From Centroscyllium fabricii (taxonomy: Eukaryota), in the NCBI GenBank assembly GCA_051313645.2, contig JBNRSN020000003.1, positions 331,266,001 through 331,330,000 of the forward strand: a stretch of DNA of 64,000 nt. The letters are read 5' to 3'. Positions within the stretch are counted from its first letter, which is position 1. Each line of letters opens with the position of its first letter. Positions 23,345-35,994 of the stretch are shown piece after piece. The notes beneath the pieces are model-generated. The model saw only the letters and a list, made by a program, of their open reading frames with translations, was not told the origin of the DNA and ran no database searches. A program made the translations under genes and the position numbers.

Positions 23345-25136
23345 CACTACCTTGTGGCTTCAGCAGAGGTAGCAGCAGCCTGCTCACTTCCCTGCTGCGA
23401 CTGCTTGGACATTCTTGGCGGACATCCTCTAGGTTTTGGAGCCTGTGATGGCCCCACCAAAGTCTGCTCCTCCTGCAACTGTGCAGGGGCAGACTCGGCC
23501 ATCGCAATCTGACGAGTCATCTGGGGCTCTGACTGAGGGGGTGGCAATGGGAGAGAAGTGTAAGGATTTGAGAGGAGCCCACACTTCCCTCTCCCGTCTC
23601 ACTGTCATCCCTCTCATGGGCCACCCGCAGCTCCCTGCTAGCAAGGAGCTGGAGAGCACCTTGCTGACATCCCTCCTAGACAGAAGGGCTATGAGTCTCT
23701 GCCATCTATGCTCCATAGATAGCCATTTATTCTCCATAAGATAGCTATCTATTCGCCATAGAGACCATGAGCTCCTGTGAGCGGCGCAGTAGCTGCTCCA
23801 TGCAGGTGGCCATCCTATCCATGGAAGAGCCTACAATCACCATGGCTTGCAACACAGTGGTGCTCATATTGGAGATGGATTCATCCATCCTCTGAATATT
23901 TGCAGACATCGCCCTCACAAAACCTGCTCCTCCAGGATCGCCCTCTTTCTGGATGGCCCCCGAGGCTCAGCATCTGCATGCAGCTGAGCAGAGCTGGGAG
24001 TGTCCTGCGCCCTCCAGCGAGGAGTCTCCACTGCTGTCCGTCTCTGCCATCTGCTCTTGCTCACTTGTGACGGACCCGATGAATACACTTATCTATCTCG
24101 TATGGGACCCACCGAGGTGTTTATATCTGCGCTGGTGCTGGCTGCGCTCATGTCTAGTGACACTGCGCCCTCAGAGGCTGGAGACTCCTTTGAGAAGTTG
24201 TCTTCCTCTTGCTCCTGGACAGTGCGAGGGGAGGGGGAGGCTCTTGATGGACCTGTGGGAAAGTAAAGAGATGAGTTTGATATGCCATAAGAAGAATGGG
24301 TACACGTACCATTATGCACATGATGACCATTCAGTGGCTGATGACAACAGTCCCCATATGAGTGACTGATGTATGCCATGTAGCTGTATGAGATGTAATT
24401 CTGTCCCCAGGTTGCTGAGATGTCCCCCCTCTGTCTCCCACCTTTAGCTGCTCAGCTACTCCCGAGACTAACCACGCAGCCACCTTTGCTGTTGTGAGGA
24501 TGGCAAATGATGGAGGCCCATGTCCAGTTCTCTCCTCTTATTGTGCGCTCTTCTCCTGCAAGGAGGGAAAGAGAAGGCTGAGTGAGAGTGATGGAATGAG
24601 TGTAAGGAGTGGATGGGTAACATCTTTAAAGGGAGACTGTGATGGATTGGGTTGGCAATGCCAAGTGACCTCCTTGTGTGTTGCTGGTTGATATGATTGC
24701 ATTAGAATGAGGCTGAGTGTGAGAGGTGGCTAGTAAGATGGGGAGGTGATAATGTCGATAGAGAGAGCGGGATGGGTGGAGGTGCAAGGTATGTTGGTGT
24801 GAATAAGGATGTGCAGGTGTCGGTTTGGGAAGGCAGAGTGATGGGGATGTGATGAGAGGCACAGCAGGATGAAGTTGACTGTGGCTTTATACTCACCTTT
24901 CCAGGTCAAATGAGACCATTGAAACGTTTGCGGCACTGCACCCAGGTCCTCCTGAACACATCCCTGCTGTTTACTGCCTTTGATATTTGGAGCCAGGCTC
25001 TTTTTGTCTCCTGAGGTGGTCTCTTCTGCCCATTCAAAGGGAAGAGGGCCTCCCTGCATGCTGTGACTCCCTCCACAAGCATATGGAGGATCTCATCGGA
25101 GAACCTGGGTGCAGTCCTCTGCCTCTCTGCAGTCAT
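23345..25136 (-). pseudogene. Harbinger Myb/SANT-like DNA-binding protein gene, spliced and degenerate
   Basis: APRFSDEILHMLVEGV..AWLQISKAVN..RTWVQCRKRFN; GTGAGT donor at 24896; boundaries of later exons are approximate. Confidence 0.75.
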
Positions 25137-27304
25137 GTCTCCAACTGTTTGGAGCAATGAAAACCTCCAGTGCAGTGACTGCAAACTCCAAGATGAACCT
25201 TTGTAAGCCCCTTTCCTCTCATCAAGCCGCAGCCTGTTTTCTCTGCTGCCAACCTTCGCTCAATAAAAATATTTAACCACACCATCTGTCTCTTGTCCTT
25301 TGTGAGTTATTTCTGTAAACTGTAAATTTGCGACCTTACACCTTCAAATGCAATGTGGCCATGGCTCCTTTAAATATCCCAGCTCAAAACACGTCATCAA
25401 TGATGTCATCAGACCCACACCATTTAACAAGGCCGGGAAAAGTGCAGGGCAGGCTTAATAGGCCCTATTATTGGAGGTCAATTTCTGCAGTGGGATGGAA
25501 GCAAGAACGGAGTTGAAACCCTCCATGCCGACCACCCACACCTGACCCGACCCGCCCAGGTACAGAAAATCCCGGCCATTTTTCCTTTGGTCCCCGCCAC
25601 AAACTCCATTTCCTAGCCATCGACTCCATCCTTCTCCCTGGCAGCTATCTGGGGCTGAACCAGACCAGACCCTGAGATGAGCTTATGACTACATATCCGC
25701 ACTATCACCAAAACCGCCTGCTTCCACCTCCGTAACATCGCCTGACTCCACCCATGCCTCAGCTCATCTGCTGCTGAAACCCTCATCCGTGCCTTTGTTA
25801 CCTCTACACTTGACTCTTCCAACGCTCTCCAGACTGGCCTCCCATCTGCCACCCTCCATAAATTTGAGCGCATCCAAAGCTCTGCTGCCCATGTCCTAAC
25901 TCGAACAAAGTCCTGTCCAACCATTACCCCCATGCTCGCTGAACTACATTGGCTCCCAGTCCGGCAATGCCTCAATTTTAAAATTTGCATCTTTCCCTCC
26001 ATGGCCATGCCCTCCTTATCTCTGTAACCTCATCCAGCCCTACAGCCCTCTGAGATCTCTGCGCTCCTCCAATTCTAGCCTCTTGCGCATCCCCGATTTT
26101 AATCCCTCCACCATTGGCGGCTGTGCTTTCAGCTACTTAGGCCCTAAATACTGGAATTCCCTCCCTAAACCTCTCCATCTCTCTCCTTTAAGACGCTCCT
26201 TAAAATCTACCTCTTTGACTCTGTCCTAATATCTCATGTGGTTCAGTGTCAAATTTTGTCTGATAATGCTCCTGTGAAGCGCCTTGGGACATTTTAACTA
26301 CATTAAAGGTGCTATATACATACAAATTGTTGTTGTTGATTAGTAGTTTTCTGCCACTAAAGTTGGATTTTTATTTTTTTTGCAAATGAGAAGTTAAAAT
26401 GCTGTACATGCTGGCAGTGAGAAAAGGTAGTTGGATTTTAAAATAGATTTTCCTGGATATGCCTTTTCCCAGGGCACTTTGGATTGAGTGAACTGGCTGT
26501 TCAACTTAATATACAATATTTGTGTGGCACGTAGTGCATGAACATTTGGAGCCACACTATTGGTGAAGGCCCAGCCCACAAGGAACAGGATATTTGAGGA
26601 CTTTGAGGCCTTTAGTGAGGAACTTTATTAAGGGTCTGGTGCAATAGGAGCTCCAAGCCAGAACTGCAGAGCAGGGCAGAAAAATTCAGCCCTCAGATCG
26701 CAAAATAAAATTTTGATGAGGGGACCTCTGATAAATCACTGTCAAATGTGATTGCATATTGATTGTGCTACCTACTGTCTTTTCACCATTTAAATTGCCT
26801 ATTTTTAAATAGCATGTAACCAAATTGGCCAACACCACAAATTGAATCAGTCCATGAATTCTCTCCTTCCCCTGCCCCCATTGATTTCTGCTAAATTGCT
26901 TTCAGCTCTTTTCAATTTAGCAGCAATCATTCAACACAATATTCCTTAGCTGTAGTCTCAGTAGGCCATGTCAGCTGCAATCTCAAATCTTTTTAAGTTC
27001 TCGAGTCACAATACAATGATTAATAGGTTGCACTGCAATAAAATATACTACTTGCTCAAAAGGCTTACTGCAGTGATGAGTGACAAAATTGTCGTTTACA
27101 GGAATCTATCCCTGTACTTGCTCAATTGTTATTGTGAGTTCAATGCTGTGAAGAAAGTGACAGAGAGTTGTAGTGCAATTGAGAAATTGCAAAGCAACTG
27201 AACCGCAGAGGTGATTTTGTAGGAATGGAGTCTGAAGGGGTCAGCCAGGAATTTCAAAGGTTCCTTTCTAGTTGTTGGTTGTTGAGGATGAAAGAGTGGT
27301 GCTA

Positions 27305-27873
27305 CCCGGAAAAAAATGGTAGTAAGCTGATTTTTGTACCAGATGATTAGTATATATCATAGAACAACATATCCAAAATCCGCCAAATTCCGCTCTGGGG
27401 AAAATTTTTAATGAGCGTTGGAATATTTTGCATATTTTTGTATCGAAAATGTCAAAGGTAAGATTTTTATTTGACTTTGGGGGTTAATTCACCTTCATTA
27501 AAGAAAATACAAAGACTTAGTAGTTAAAAATTATTTTTTTAAATGGCGGGGGCGATGACTGGAACCTAAATACAATTCATAAAAGCCCCAAAAATGCATT
27601 TTACGCATGAAATACCATAACTACAACGGATCTAAAACCACCATATCTTCTCGACCCAGAGTAAATTATAGAAGAATTAGAAGAATTTATAGTGATTTAG
27701 ATAAGTACAAAATTAAATTATTTGACCCCTACACCTTTTCAAAGGCACTAAAAATCTCATCTTGGATAATATTTTTTCCCCAAAGAAGATTTTAGCGGAT
27801 TTTGGATATGTTGTTTTATGGCACATTCTGCTCATCTGGTGCAAAAATCAGCTTACTACCATTTTTTTCCCGG
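27305..27873. mobile_element. MITE with ~80-bp imperfect TIRs (CC-terminal, possibly CMC/EnSpm-type)
   Basis: CCGGAAAAAAAATGGTAGTAAGCTGATTTTTG..ACAACATATCCAAAATCCGC is mirrored at 27797-27873; superfamily uncertain. Confidence 0.75.
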
Positions 27874-27879
27874 TCAAAA

Positions 27880-28290
27880 TGCGCAATGACCATGCTAATC
27901 AGCCTTTTGCGAGTCTGAGTCAACACTAGGCCTGGCACGATTCTGGAGTATTTGGATGGACTAATTTCTCTTGAAGAGATCGATAGGGCTATGCTGGGTG
28001 CTCCTGTTGTTCTGGAAGGAGTATGGCAGGTCATAGGCACCATGCTAGCTAGAATCATACAAAGTCCAGACAGATTCCCTGTTGACTTCTATAGAAAGGC
28101 CCAGAATATTTCACATTTTTCCATTTTAGATGTCCTGTTACCACATTATAAATGCATATGAAGGTCCAGATACATAGATATTCTACCATCTCCATGATCC
28201 TGAAAAAGGGCAAGGATCTGCTAGATTGCATCTCCTATTGACTTAACATGGGCGAATTGCAATTCTAAACTTTTAACCAAAGTAATGGAA
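27880..28290 (+). mobile_element. Degraded L1/Tx1-type ORF2 remnant
   Basis: LDGLISLEEIDRAM, KSPDRFPVDFY, ILKKGKDLLDC, KLLTKV fragments. Confidence 0.6.
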
Positions 28291-28294
28291 ATAT

Positions 28295-28376
28295 GTAGTC
28301 GTGGCCGAGTGGTTAAGGCAATGGATTAGAAATCGGTTGGGGTTTCCCCGCGCAGGTTCGAATCCTGCAGACTACG
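28295..28376 (+). tRNA. tRNA-Ser(AGA)-derived sequence, probably a pseudogene
   Basis: 82 nt, GTAGTCGTGGCCGAGTGGTTAAGG...GGTTCGAATCCTGCAGACTACG. About 5 substitutions versus the canonical vertebrate gene disrupt the anticodon and acceptor stems; no oligo-T terminator follows. Confidence 0.85.
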
Positions 28377-28419
28377 GCAATAATGGATATGTTTCAAATC
28401 ACCAGTTGAAACTCCATTT

Positions 28420-28816
28420 GGGCGGCACGGTGGCACAGTGGTTAGCACTGTTGTCTCACAGCACTCGAGACCCGGGTTCAAATCCAGCCTCGGGTACTAT
28501 CTGTGTGGAGTTTGCACATTCTCCCCGTGTCTGCGTGGGTTTCCTCCGGGTGCTCCGGTTTCCTCCCACAGTCCAAAGATGTGCAGGTTAGGTTGATTGG
28601 CCAGGATAAATTGACCCTTAGTGTTAGGGGGATTAGAATATGTGGGGTTACGGGGATAGGGTGGGATATGTGTCGGTGCAGGCTCGATAGGGATATGGGG
28701 GACAAAGTAGGGACAGGGTACTGGGTTTGGATGGTCAGCCATGATCTCATTGAATGGCGGAGCAGGCTCGAAGGGCCGAATGGCCTCCTCCTGCTCCTAT
28801 CTTCTATGTTTCTATG
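28420..28816 (+). mobile_element. HE1-type V-SINE
   Basis: Near-identical to 12550-12960. Confidence 0.88.
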
Positions 28817-30023
28817 TAATCCAAATGGGAAATCTTCCACTTGTGGCACAATGGAAGTGTGTGAGCATATTTTGCATGTGGACGAGGCCTTCTATTATTT
28901 TCGGAGGTATTCATTTAAAATAATTATTAAGCATTTCCGGCACTCACTAAGCCGTACACTGGGAATGTGGATGCCAGCAAGTGGGAAGCAAGATATACAA
29001 AGCAGCAGCACCCCAAGTCGGCGCTGTACTTCCTTTGCTGTTAAAGTGCAGTTTTCCAATTGGTTCTGGCTGTCTTTGTGAACATAGTCCTTGTTGCAGG
29101 TGTATAAGTTTAACACAATTAATAAGTTTGCCAAGGTTGCCGTGTTAATTTATTCTGGTTTAACATTGAGCAAGACAATGCTTTCATCACAACCAACTGC
29201 ATCATTAGAGCACTCTATAGCCTAAACAATTGGAATGGCAGCTCATATTTATGCAATTATACAATTTCAATGAAATCTTTCAATAATGTTTGGCAAAGGC
29301 CATAAAAGCCACCCCCAAATCCCACTTACTGTACATTCTTGTTTTTGGGGTGTGGGTGCACAATTGCAAAGCAAGCGGGGCTCATTAAAACAGTCAGCAC
29401 TTCACCAGTCTCTATGATTGCAGGAGAAGGAAGTTCACAACCAAGTAATGGACATTGGCACACTCCGCCATAACCCACCTGGAACAATTAACTTTGGAAG
29501 TTGTGGGTCAACACTTGAGAATCAACTATGCTTACCCAATTCTTTTGAAAATGAATCAAAATGGAGCACTTACAGAATGTAATCTTACTTAAGATGTAAC
29601 TCAGTATTTAACCTGCCTGTGTTTTTCATACAAACCTACCATTTTGGCATAGAGAGCCCTCAGCAAGGCTAGGAGTCATAAACATTGCCATTCTCCAACA
29701 GCAGCGTGCATAAATCTTCATTTGGACAATTTGTCAGTTATGAGGGCACGCTGCACTGTTGGAGGTGCTGTCTTTCGGATGAGACGTTAAACCGAGGCCC
29801 CATCTGCTCTCTCAGGTAGACGTAAAAGATCCCCTGGCAGTATATCCAAGAAGAGTAGGGGAGTTCTCCCCGGTGTCCTGGCAAATAGTTCTTCCTCAAC
29901 CAACATCACTAAAACAGATTATCTGGTCATTTATCACATTGCTGTTTGTGGGAGCTTACTGTGCGCAAATTGGCTGCCGGTTTCCTACATTACAACAGTG
30001 ACAACACTTCAAAAATACTTCAT

Positions 30024-33000
30024 TGTAGTGATATGCAGTAGCATGTCATTCTAGAATTGTCCACCAGGTGTAGCTACATGTGAAATAGTGAGCTGCAGCT
30101 ATAGAGCTTCTCTTGTTAACTCTACTTACTTCTTAACATGGAGACTATTCAACATGGCTGTATAGTGCTGTAAATAAATGACTAGCTTAAAGCTAGTTGT
30201 TCATAATAAATATGTCTAAACATTAATGAACATAACATGGTACCTAGAAGTGGTAATATCGAGTGAATATTGCAAAAGTGGTAATATCTAGTAAGATCTG
30301 CTGCAAATTGTGAAACACGACATGAAGACTTTAAGCCGCCGGAGAGTTTGAAGCTCACGGGGAATGTTCATTGCAATTGGCAGACTTTCAAACAACAATT
30401 CGAACTCTACATTGCTGCCATCAGACTAGATACGAAGCCAGATGCAAGGAAAATAGCATTGCTGCTCACGGTTGCAGGCCCGCAGGCGATAGAGGTATTT
30501 AATATGTTTGTATTTGATCATGAGCAGGACAAAGGCAAAATGGACGACATGCTAAAGAAGTTTTATGCACATTGTTCTCCCAAAAAGAACGAGACCTATG
30601 AGAGGTACGTGTTCCGTTCACGGACTCTGAAGCAAAATGAAACTTTTGATAGCTTTGTGACCGATCTGAAACTGGAAGCACAGACTTGTAATTTCTCGGA
30701 GCTGAAATCATCCATGATTTGTGACCAGATTGTGATGGTATTCGTGATAAAAAGGTCAGGGATTGTCTGTTACGAGAAACCGAACTAACATTGGAGGATG
30801 CTGTGAAAGTATGAGCTAGCTCATCAGCATGCAAATACTTTCAGTGAAATAAATAATGGTTCAACTTTAGTGAGTGACAGTGCTATCGGTGCTGTATCCT
30901 GCAAGGGGAAGAAAAGGATACAGAACAGGAATGCAAAGCAATCGGAGGATGGAACTTTCAATTGTAAACGATGTGATTACAAGCACGAGCCAAGAAAATG
31001 TCCAGCGTTTGGGAAAATGTGCACAAAATGTAATGGAAAGAATCACTTTGCCAAACAATGCTTCTCAAAAGTAAAAACAAAGAAAGGGCAACAAGTCAAT
31101 GTAATTGAGGACACTGATTTAAGTGAGACATTTTTTGTAGGAATGGTGTCTTCTGACAATACAGAAAACAATACAGAAAATGTGCAGGCCTCAGGAAAGG
31201 ACAATTCTGAACATACAGTTAATGCAGTAAAAGAGGACAAATGGATGATCCCACTGCAGGTAAATGGAGCATTAGTGACATTGAAACTAGATACTGGGGC
31301 AAAAGCAAACTTAATCAGTATGAGTGACATTAAAAATATGAAGGAAAAGCCCAAAATACAGGAAAAGTCAGTACTACTGAAGAACTATAATGGACAGAAA
31401 ATAGATAGCTTAGGTGTATGCAGACTTAATGTGACAGTCAAAGACAAATCTCATGTTTTCTGTTGTGGCTGAAGGACTTGATTCACTACTAGATGACAAA
31501 GCTTGTGAGGACTTAGAACTGATCAAGAGAGTCTACCGTATAAACTGTGCCATGAGCAGACCAGATGACTCAGTGGATTCTGTAGTAAGTAATTTCCAGG
31601 ATGTGTTCAAAGGATTTGGAGTTCTACCATTCACTTACAAGATCCAGCTAAAGGAGGATGCTCAGCCAGTGGTACATGCTCCAGGGAGAGTTCCAGCACC
31701 CCTGCGTGACCGGCTCAAGAAAGAACTGGACAGAATGACCACACTAGGAGTCATCAGGAAAGTCAAAGAGCCAACAGACTGGGTCAACTCCATGGTATGT
31801 GTAAAGAAAAAGAACAACAATCTAAGAATATGCATGGATCCGAAGGACTTAAATGCAAACATAAAACATGAACACTACCAGATTCCCAAGCGAGAAGAAA
31901 TCACCAGTGAAATGTCAGGTGCCAGATACTTCACAAAGCTCGATGCCTCACAGGGATTTTGGCAACTAAAACTGGATGAATAGAGCATCAAATACTCTAC
32001 CTTCAACACACCATTTGGCATGTATTGTTTCCTCAGAACGCCTTTCGGGATAATATCTGCATCTGAAATCTTCCATAGAGCGATGGAACACATAATTGAA
32101 GGTCTGGAAGGAGTTCGGGTCTATGTTGATGACATCATCATCTGCGGCTCAACACTGAAAGAACACAATGAAAGACTGACTAAAGTGCTACAGAGCATAC
32201 GCCGGAATGGGCTGAAGCTCAACAAAGCCAAGTGTCAGTTGGCGTCCAGGAAGTCACTTTCCTAGGAGATAATCTATCTGGTAAAGGAATAGAGCCAGAT
32301 ATGGAAAAAGTAAACGCCATACTGACCCACTGACAAAAAAAAAGAGTACCACGTCTCATGCGGAAGATAAACTTCATTGGAAAGTTAATTCCTAACTTGT
32401 CAGCCAAGATAGCCTGTCTGCGAGACCTGCAACACAAGACAAATGAGTTCGCATGGACAGAAAAACATGAACAAGAGTGAATGAACCTCAAAACAGCGCT
32501 GACAACCACACTTGTACTCAACCTCTTTGACCCAACAAATTGAATAATGGTGTCAACGGATGCATCAAAAGATGGCTCAGGCATGGTCTTGCTACAAGCA
32601 GAGGGTGAAGACTGGAAGCCTGTTGCCTTTGCCTCCAGGTCTATGACTGAGTGTCGATACGCTCAGGTTGAAAAGGAATGTCTAGGCTAGGTAGTTGGAC
32701 TAGAAAAGTTCCATGGCTACATATATGGACTTCCCACCTTCACAGTTGAGACAGACCACCGCCCACTAGTTGCCATCGTAAAAAAAAACTGAATGAGATG
32801 TCTCCAAGGATTCAACGACTCATGATGAAGCTGCAAAGATGACTTTGAACTGATCTACACACCAGGCAAACACGTAGTGTTAGCAGATGCACTATCCCGA
32901 GCACCCACAGTGAGTCATGTGAGCGCTACTGAAGAAGATGTGGATGTTCATGTGAGTATGGTCACTGCTGCACTGCCCATGTCAGACACAAAATCAAAGC

Positions 33001-35304
33001 AAATAGCAGATGAAACAGTAAAAGATACAGTATTACAAACAGTGATAGAGAGCATTCATTATGGTTGGCCAAAAGGTTCCTGTCCAAAGTACTATCACAT
33101 AAGGTCAGAGTTGAGTGTCACAAATGGACTATTACTAAGACAGAACAGAATAGTCATTCCACAGGCTCTACATCGAGACATGTTCAAAAGGATTCATTGG
33201 CCTGGCATAAATAAGGACACTGAGAACATGATAGGCAAATGTGAGACATGTCAGGAACACCAAAACAAACAAGCAAAGGAACCAATGACAGTAGCTGACT
33301 TACCAACAGCACCATGGCAAAAGGTTGGTATGGACCTGTTTCATTTGAATGGTAAAGAATATCTATTAGTGATTGACTACTATTCTAACTATCCTGAGAT
33401 GGTGCTGCTCTCAAGCACTTCAGCAAGCAGTGTCATAATACATGTCAAATCCATCTTCGCCAGACATGGCATTCCCAGGATTGCCGTTCGCGACAATGGT
33501 CGATGCTTCAACTGTAAGCTGTGGCAACAGTTTGCAGCACACTATGACTTTCAGCACATCACATCCAGTCCTCTGTATGCTCAGTCGAATGTTAAGGCAG
33601 AGAAAGGTGTTCAAATTCTCAAACAGCTACTGAAGAAAGCAACAGAAAGCAAGTCTGATCCTTATCTTGCCCTGCTGAGCTACCGAGCCTCCCCTTTGGA
33701 CTGTGGTTCTTCACCTGCTGAACTCCTAATGGGTCGCAAGTTGTGCACCACGCTACCCTGCTGTGCAAAAGAAAAGCAGAGTAAGGAACTGAGACAGAGA
33801 CTTCAACTGTTAAACCTGAAACAGAAATCACAGTGACAAGTCATCCAAAACTATGAAACCACTGACAAGGGATGATGTTGTCAGGATTGAGGATCCAAAT
33901 GCATGGAACAGGAAAGCTACAGTTCTTGAGGAAGTAGGACCAAGGTCATACACTGTTAGAACTGAGGAAGGACAGATTCTCATGAGAAATTGCCGTTCCC
34001 TCCTGAAACATTCCAACAGCAAATCGATGACGATGCCGCAACTGAATCTTGTCAATCACCACCAGAAAAATCTAACACAAACACACATACAGGCTCTCAT
34101 GCAAACACATCAGACTTACGTGTGCCGAGAAGACCCACACATGAAGTAAAAAAGCCTGATATAGTTTTCTTTGTACTCAAAGATTAAGTCTAACAAAAGA
34201 ATGAAAAGCTTAGAGTTTACAAAGTAAAGCTTTGAAGATGTGTTGACTGTTGTGAAGATGTAAAAAAAAATGTTTACTGACAAATGTGCTACTGATATCA
34301 TCTTTATCATTTTTCTTGAAAGTTGATTGATATTGGGCCAGAAATTCCAGTCTGCCCATATCGGGTTGCAGCCAGTTGCGCTGCTTCAGGTTTTCCTATG
34401 CCGGCCAGCAGGGGGCTTGGAGTTCCTGCGAAGGCCAGCGCAGGAACCAGCGAAGTACGGGTTGCGTTCAGTAATTCAGTTTAAAAAAAAAAACTTTTTC
34501 TACGGACCAAGACCAGGAGATTCTACGCTGGGAAAAAGCAGTCGTAAGTATCCGTTTTTATCTGGTAAGTGTGTATTTTATTGATTTTAATTGTTGTTTT
34601 TTCAGGTTTTTAATTGTTGATAACTTTAAAGACAGCCAAGTATTTTTTTAGACTTGTTGGAAGTTGAAAAAAAATTCTGTTAAATTTTATTTTTTCTTTA
34701 AAATAGGTTATTTGTGTTAGTTGGGGTAATGTTAAAAAATGTGGTGTTTTAAAATTTTTATTTTTGAGTTTAGATGTCTTTTGGGCAATCTCTCCTTTCA
34801 AAACTTGCACAGATTTCTCAGTGGAAGTTTTGAACGGAGAATTGGTTCCACTGATTGGCTCCCTGCCAATCAGGTGGTCTCAAAAGCCATCTCGCACTAA
34901 TTACGCCCTTCAGATGCCCATGAAGCTCGCACGGAGCTGACAAGCTGGTCCAACAGGAATTACTGAGTGCAAAAAAGCAAACCGGATTATGGGCAGTGCA
35001 AGTGCAACTAGCAGGTACTGCACCCGCACGAAGGCTCCACTGCAATTTCTGGGCCATTGATTTTGTTTAACCTCAAAGGAAGGGGGATGTAGTGATAAGC
35101 AGTAGCATGTCATTCTATAATTGTCCATCAGGTGTAGCTGCATGTGGAATTTTAAGCTGTAGCTATAGAGCTTCTCTTGTTAACTCTACTTACTTCTTCT
35201 TAACATGGAGACTATTTAACATGGCTGTATAGTGCAGTAAATAAATGACTAGTTTAAAACTAGCTGTTCATAATAAATATGTCTAAACATTAATGAACAT
35301 AACA
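30024..35304 (+). mobile_element. Full-length, decayed Gypsy LTR retrotransposon D (Mag/SURL-like)
   Basis: LTRs at 30024-30237 and 35088-35304; flanking CTTCAT duplication; PBS TGGTACCTAGAAGTGG; PPT AAAGGAAGGGGGA. gag knuckles, KLDTGA, CMDPKDLN, YVDDII, TDHRPL, IDYYSN are present, with many stops and frameshifts. Confidence 0.93.
34335..35055. mobile_element. Harbinger-type MITE in the 3' UTR of Gypsy D
   Basis: TIRs GGGCCAGAAATT and AATTTCTGGGCC; 3-bp TSD ATT. Confidence 0.85.
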
Positions 35305-35627
35305 CTTCATTGGTTGTAAAGTGGTTTGGGACCTCCTGAGGTTGTGAAAGACACTGTATACATGCAAGTGCTTATTTTTCTTAGTTGTTCCAGGATCCAG
35401 CGAACCCCAGCAGGTTTTGGAGGGCTGATCTGGCGGCCTTCAAAACTAGGGAGGTGGATCTCCAGGGCTGCCTGCGAAACAACTCACCTGGCAGTCAAAA
35501 TGATGAGAAGCACGCATGCAAACGGCCAACCTCGCTCACACACCGCCTGTGTTTCACTGAAGCGCGAAGAGGGAAGGACCCTGACCAACCGGCGACACGC
35601 GAGCTCTCGCGACAGCTGCAGCGCGGG

Positions 35628-35841
35628 CCGGCGGTTGCTGGGTTACGGGAGGGGCGCGCGGCGGTTGCTGGGTTACGGGAGGGGGCGCGCGCGGCGGTTG
35701 CTGGGTTACGGGAGGGGCGCGCGGCGGTTGCTGGGTTACGGGAGGGGGCGCGCGCGGCGGTTGCTGGGTTACGGGAGGGGCGCGCGGCGGTTGCTGGGTT
35801 ACGGAAGGGGTCCGAGCGCCGGCGACGCTGCTCGGTAAACA
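35628..35841 (+). promoter_or_regulatory. Putative IFT74 promoter: six tandem RFX X-boxes with GC boxes, plus a forkhead site
   Basis: GTTGCTGGGTTAC (reverse GTAACC-C-AGCAAC, fitting GTNRCC-N-RGYAAC) at 35634, 35664, 35697, 35727, 35760 and 35790; GTAAACA at 35835-35841; CpG-rich; 76 bp before the ATG. Confidence 0.75.
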
Positions 35842-35877
35842 GACAGGAGTGTGGAGAAGTTAAAGAGCGATCAGAGG

Positions 35878-35994
35878 ATGGCGAGCGGGCAAAGGCCTCC
35901 TTCGGCGGCTCGGCCGATGACTAAAGGAGCCGCTGGAAGACCACCACTGACTGCGGCCCGAGCTCCGCCGACTGCCCTGCGGGGTGGGACTGGG
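35878..35994 (+). CDS. IFT74: IFT74 coding exon 1 (MASGQRPPSAARPMTKG...RGGTG)
   Basis: ATG in AGGATGG context; resembles the IFT74 N-terminus (SAARP..GRPP); GTACGT donor; phase 0 matches the next exon. Confidence 0.8.

Larger units (their letters stand above)
21246..25577. mobile_element. PIF/Harbinger DNA transposon with convergent transposase and Myb/SANT genes (degenerate)
   Basis: TIRs GGCTGGAATTTT and AAAATCCCGGCC; 3-bp flanks GTT/ATT; both Harbinger genes present. Confidence 0.88.
21150..26339 (+). mobile_element. L2-type LINE 3' fragment split by a Harbinger transposon (21150-21245 and 25578-26339)
   Basis: WMSRNFLQLNIGKTEA before the insertion; L2-like RT C-terminus (LIRAFVTSTLDSSN, LHWLPVRQ) and a (GTT)n end after it. 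Confidence 0.75.
29742..35380 (+). mobile_element. Deu-domain SINE (SacSINE1/AmnSINE-like) split by Gypsy D (29742-30023 and 35305-35380)
   Basis: GCTGCACTGTTGGAGGTGCTGTCTTTCGGATGAGACGTTAAACCGAGGCCCC core; the tail resumes after the LTR element. Confidence 0.7.

Noticed and set aside
28478-29081. ORFs overlapping V-SINEs (also near 12608, 45722, 47363 and 60464)
   Set aside because: The same peptides recur at every SINE copy; they are non-coding repeat translations.
35628-35812. CRISPR-like regular repeats (also 4673-4897 and 8580-8760)
   Set aside because: The intervening sequences are not unique spacers, there are no cas genes, and the context is eukaryotic.
14880-35994. Functional link between captured OFD1 and neighbouring IFT74 (both ciliary genes)
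   Set aside because: Nothing in the sequence connects them; they are ~19 kb apart in a TE-dense region and coincidence is sufficient.
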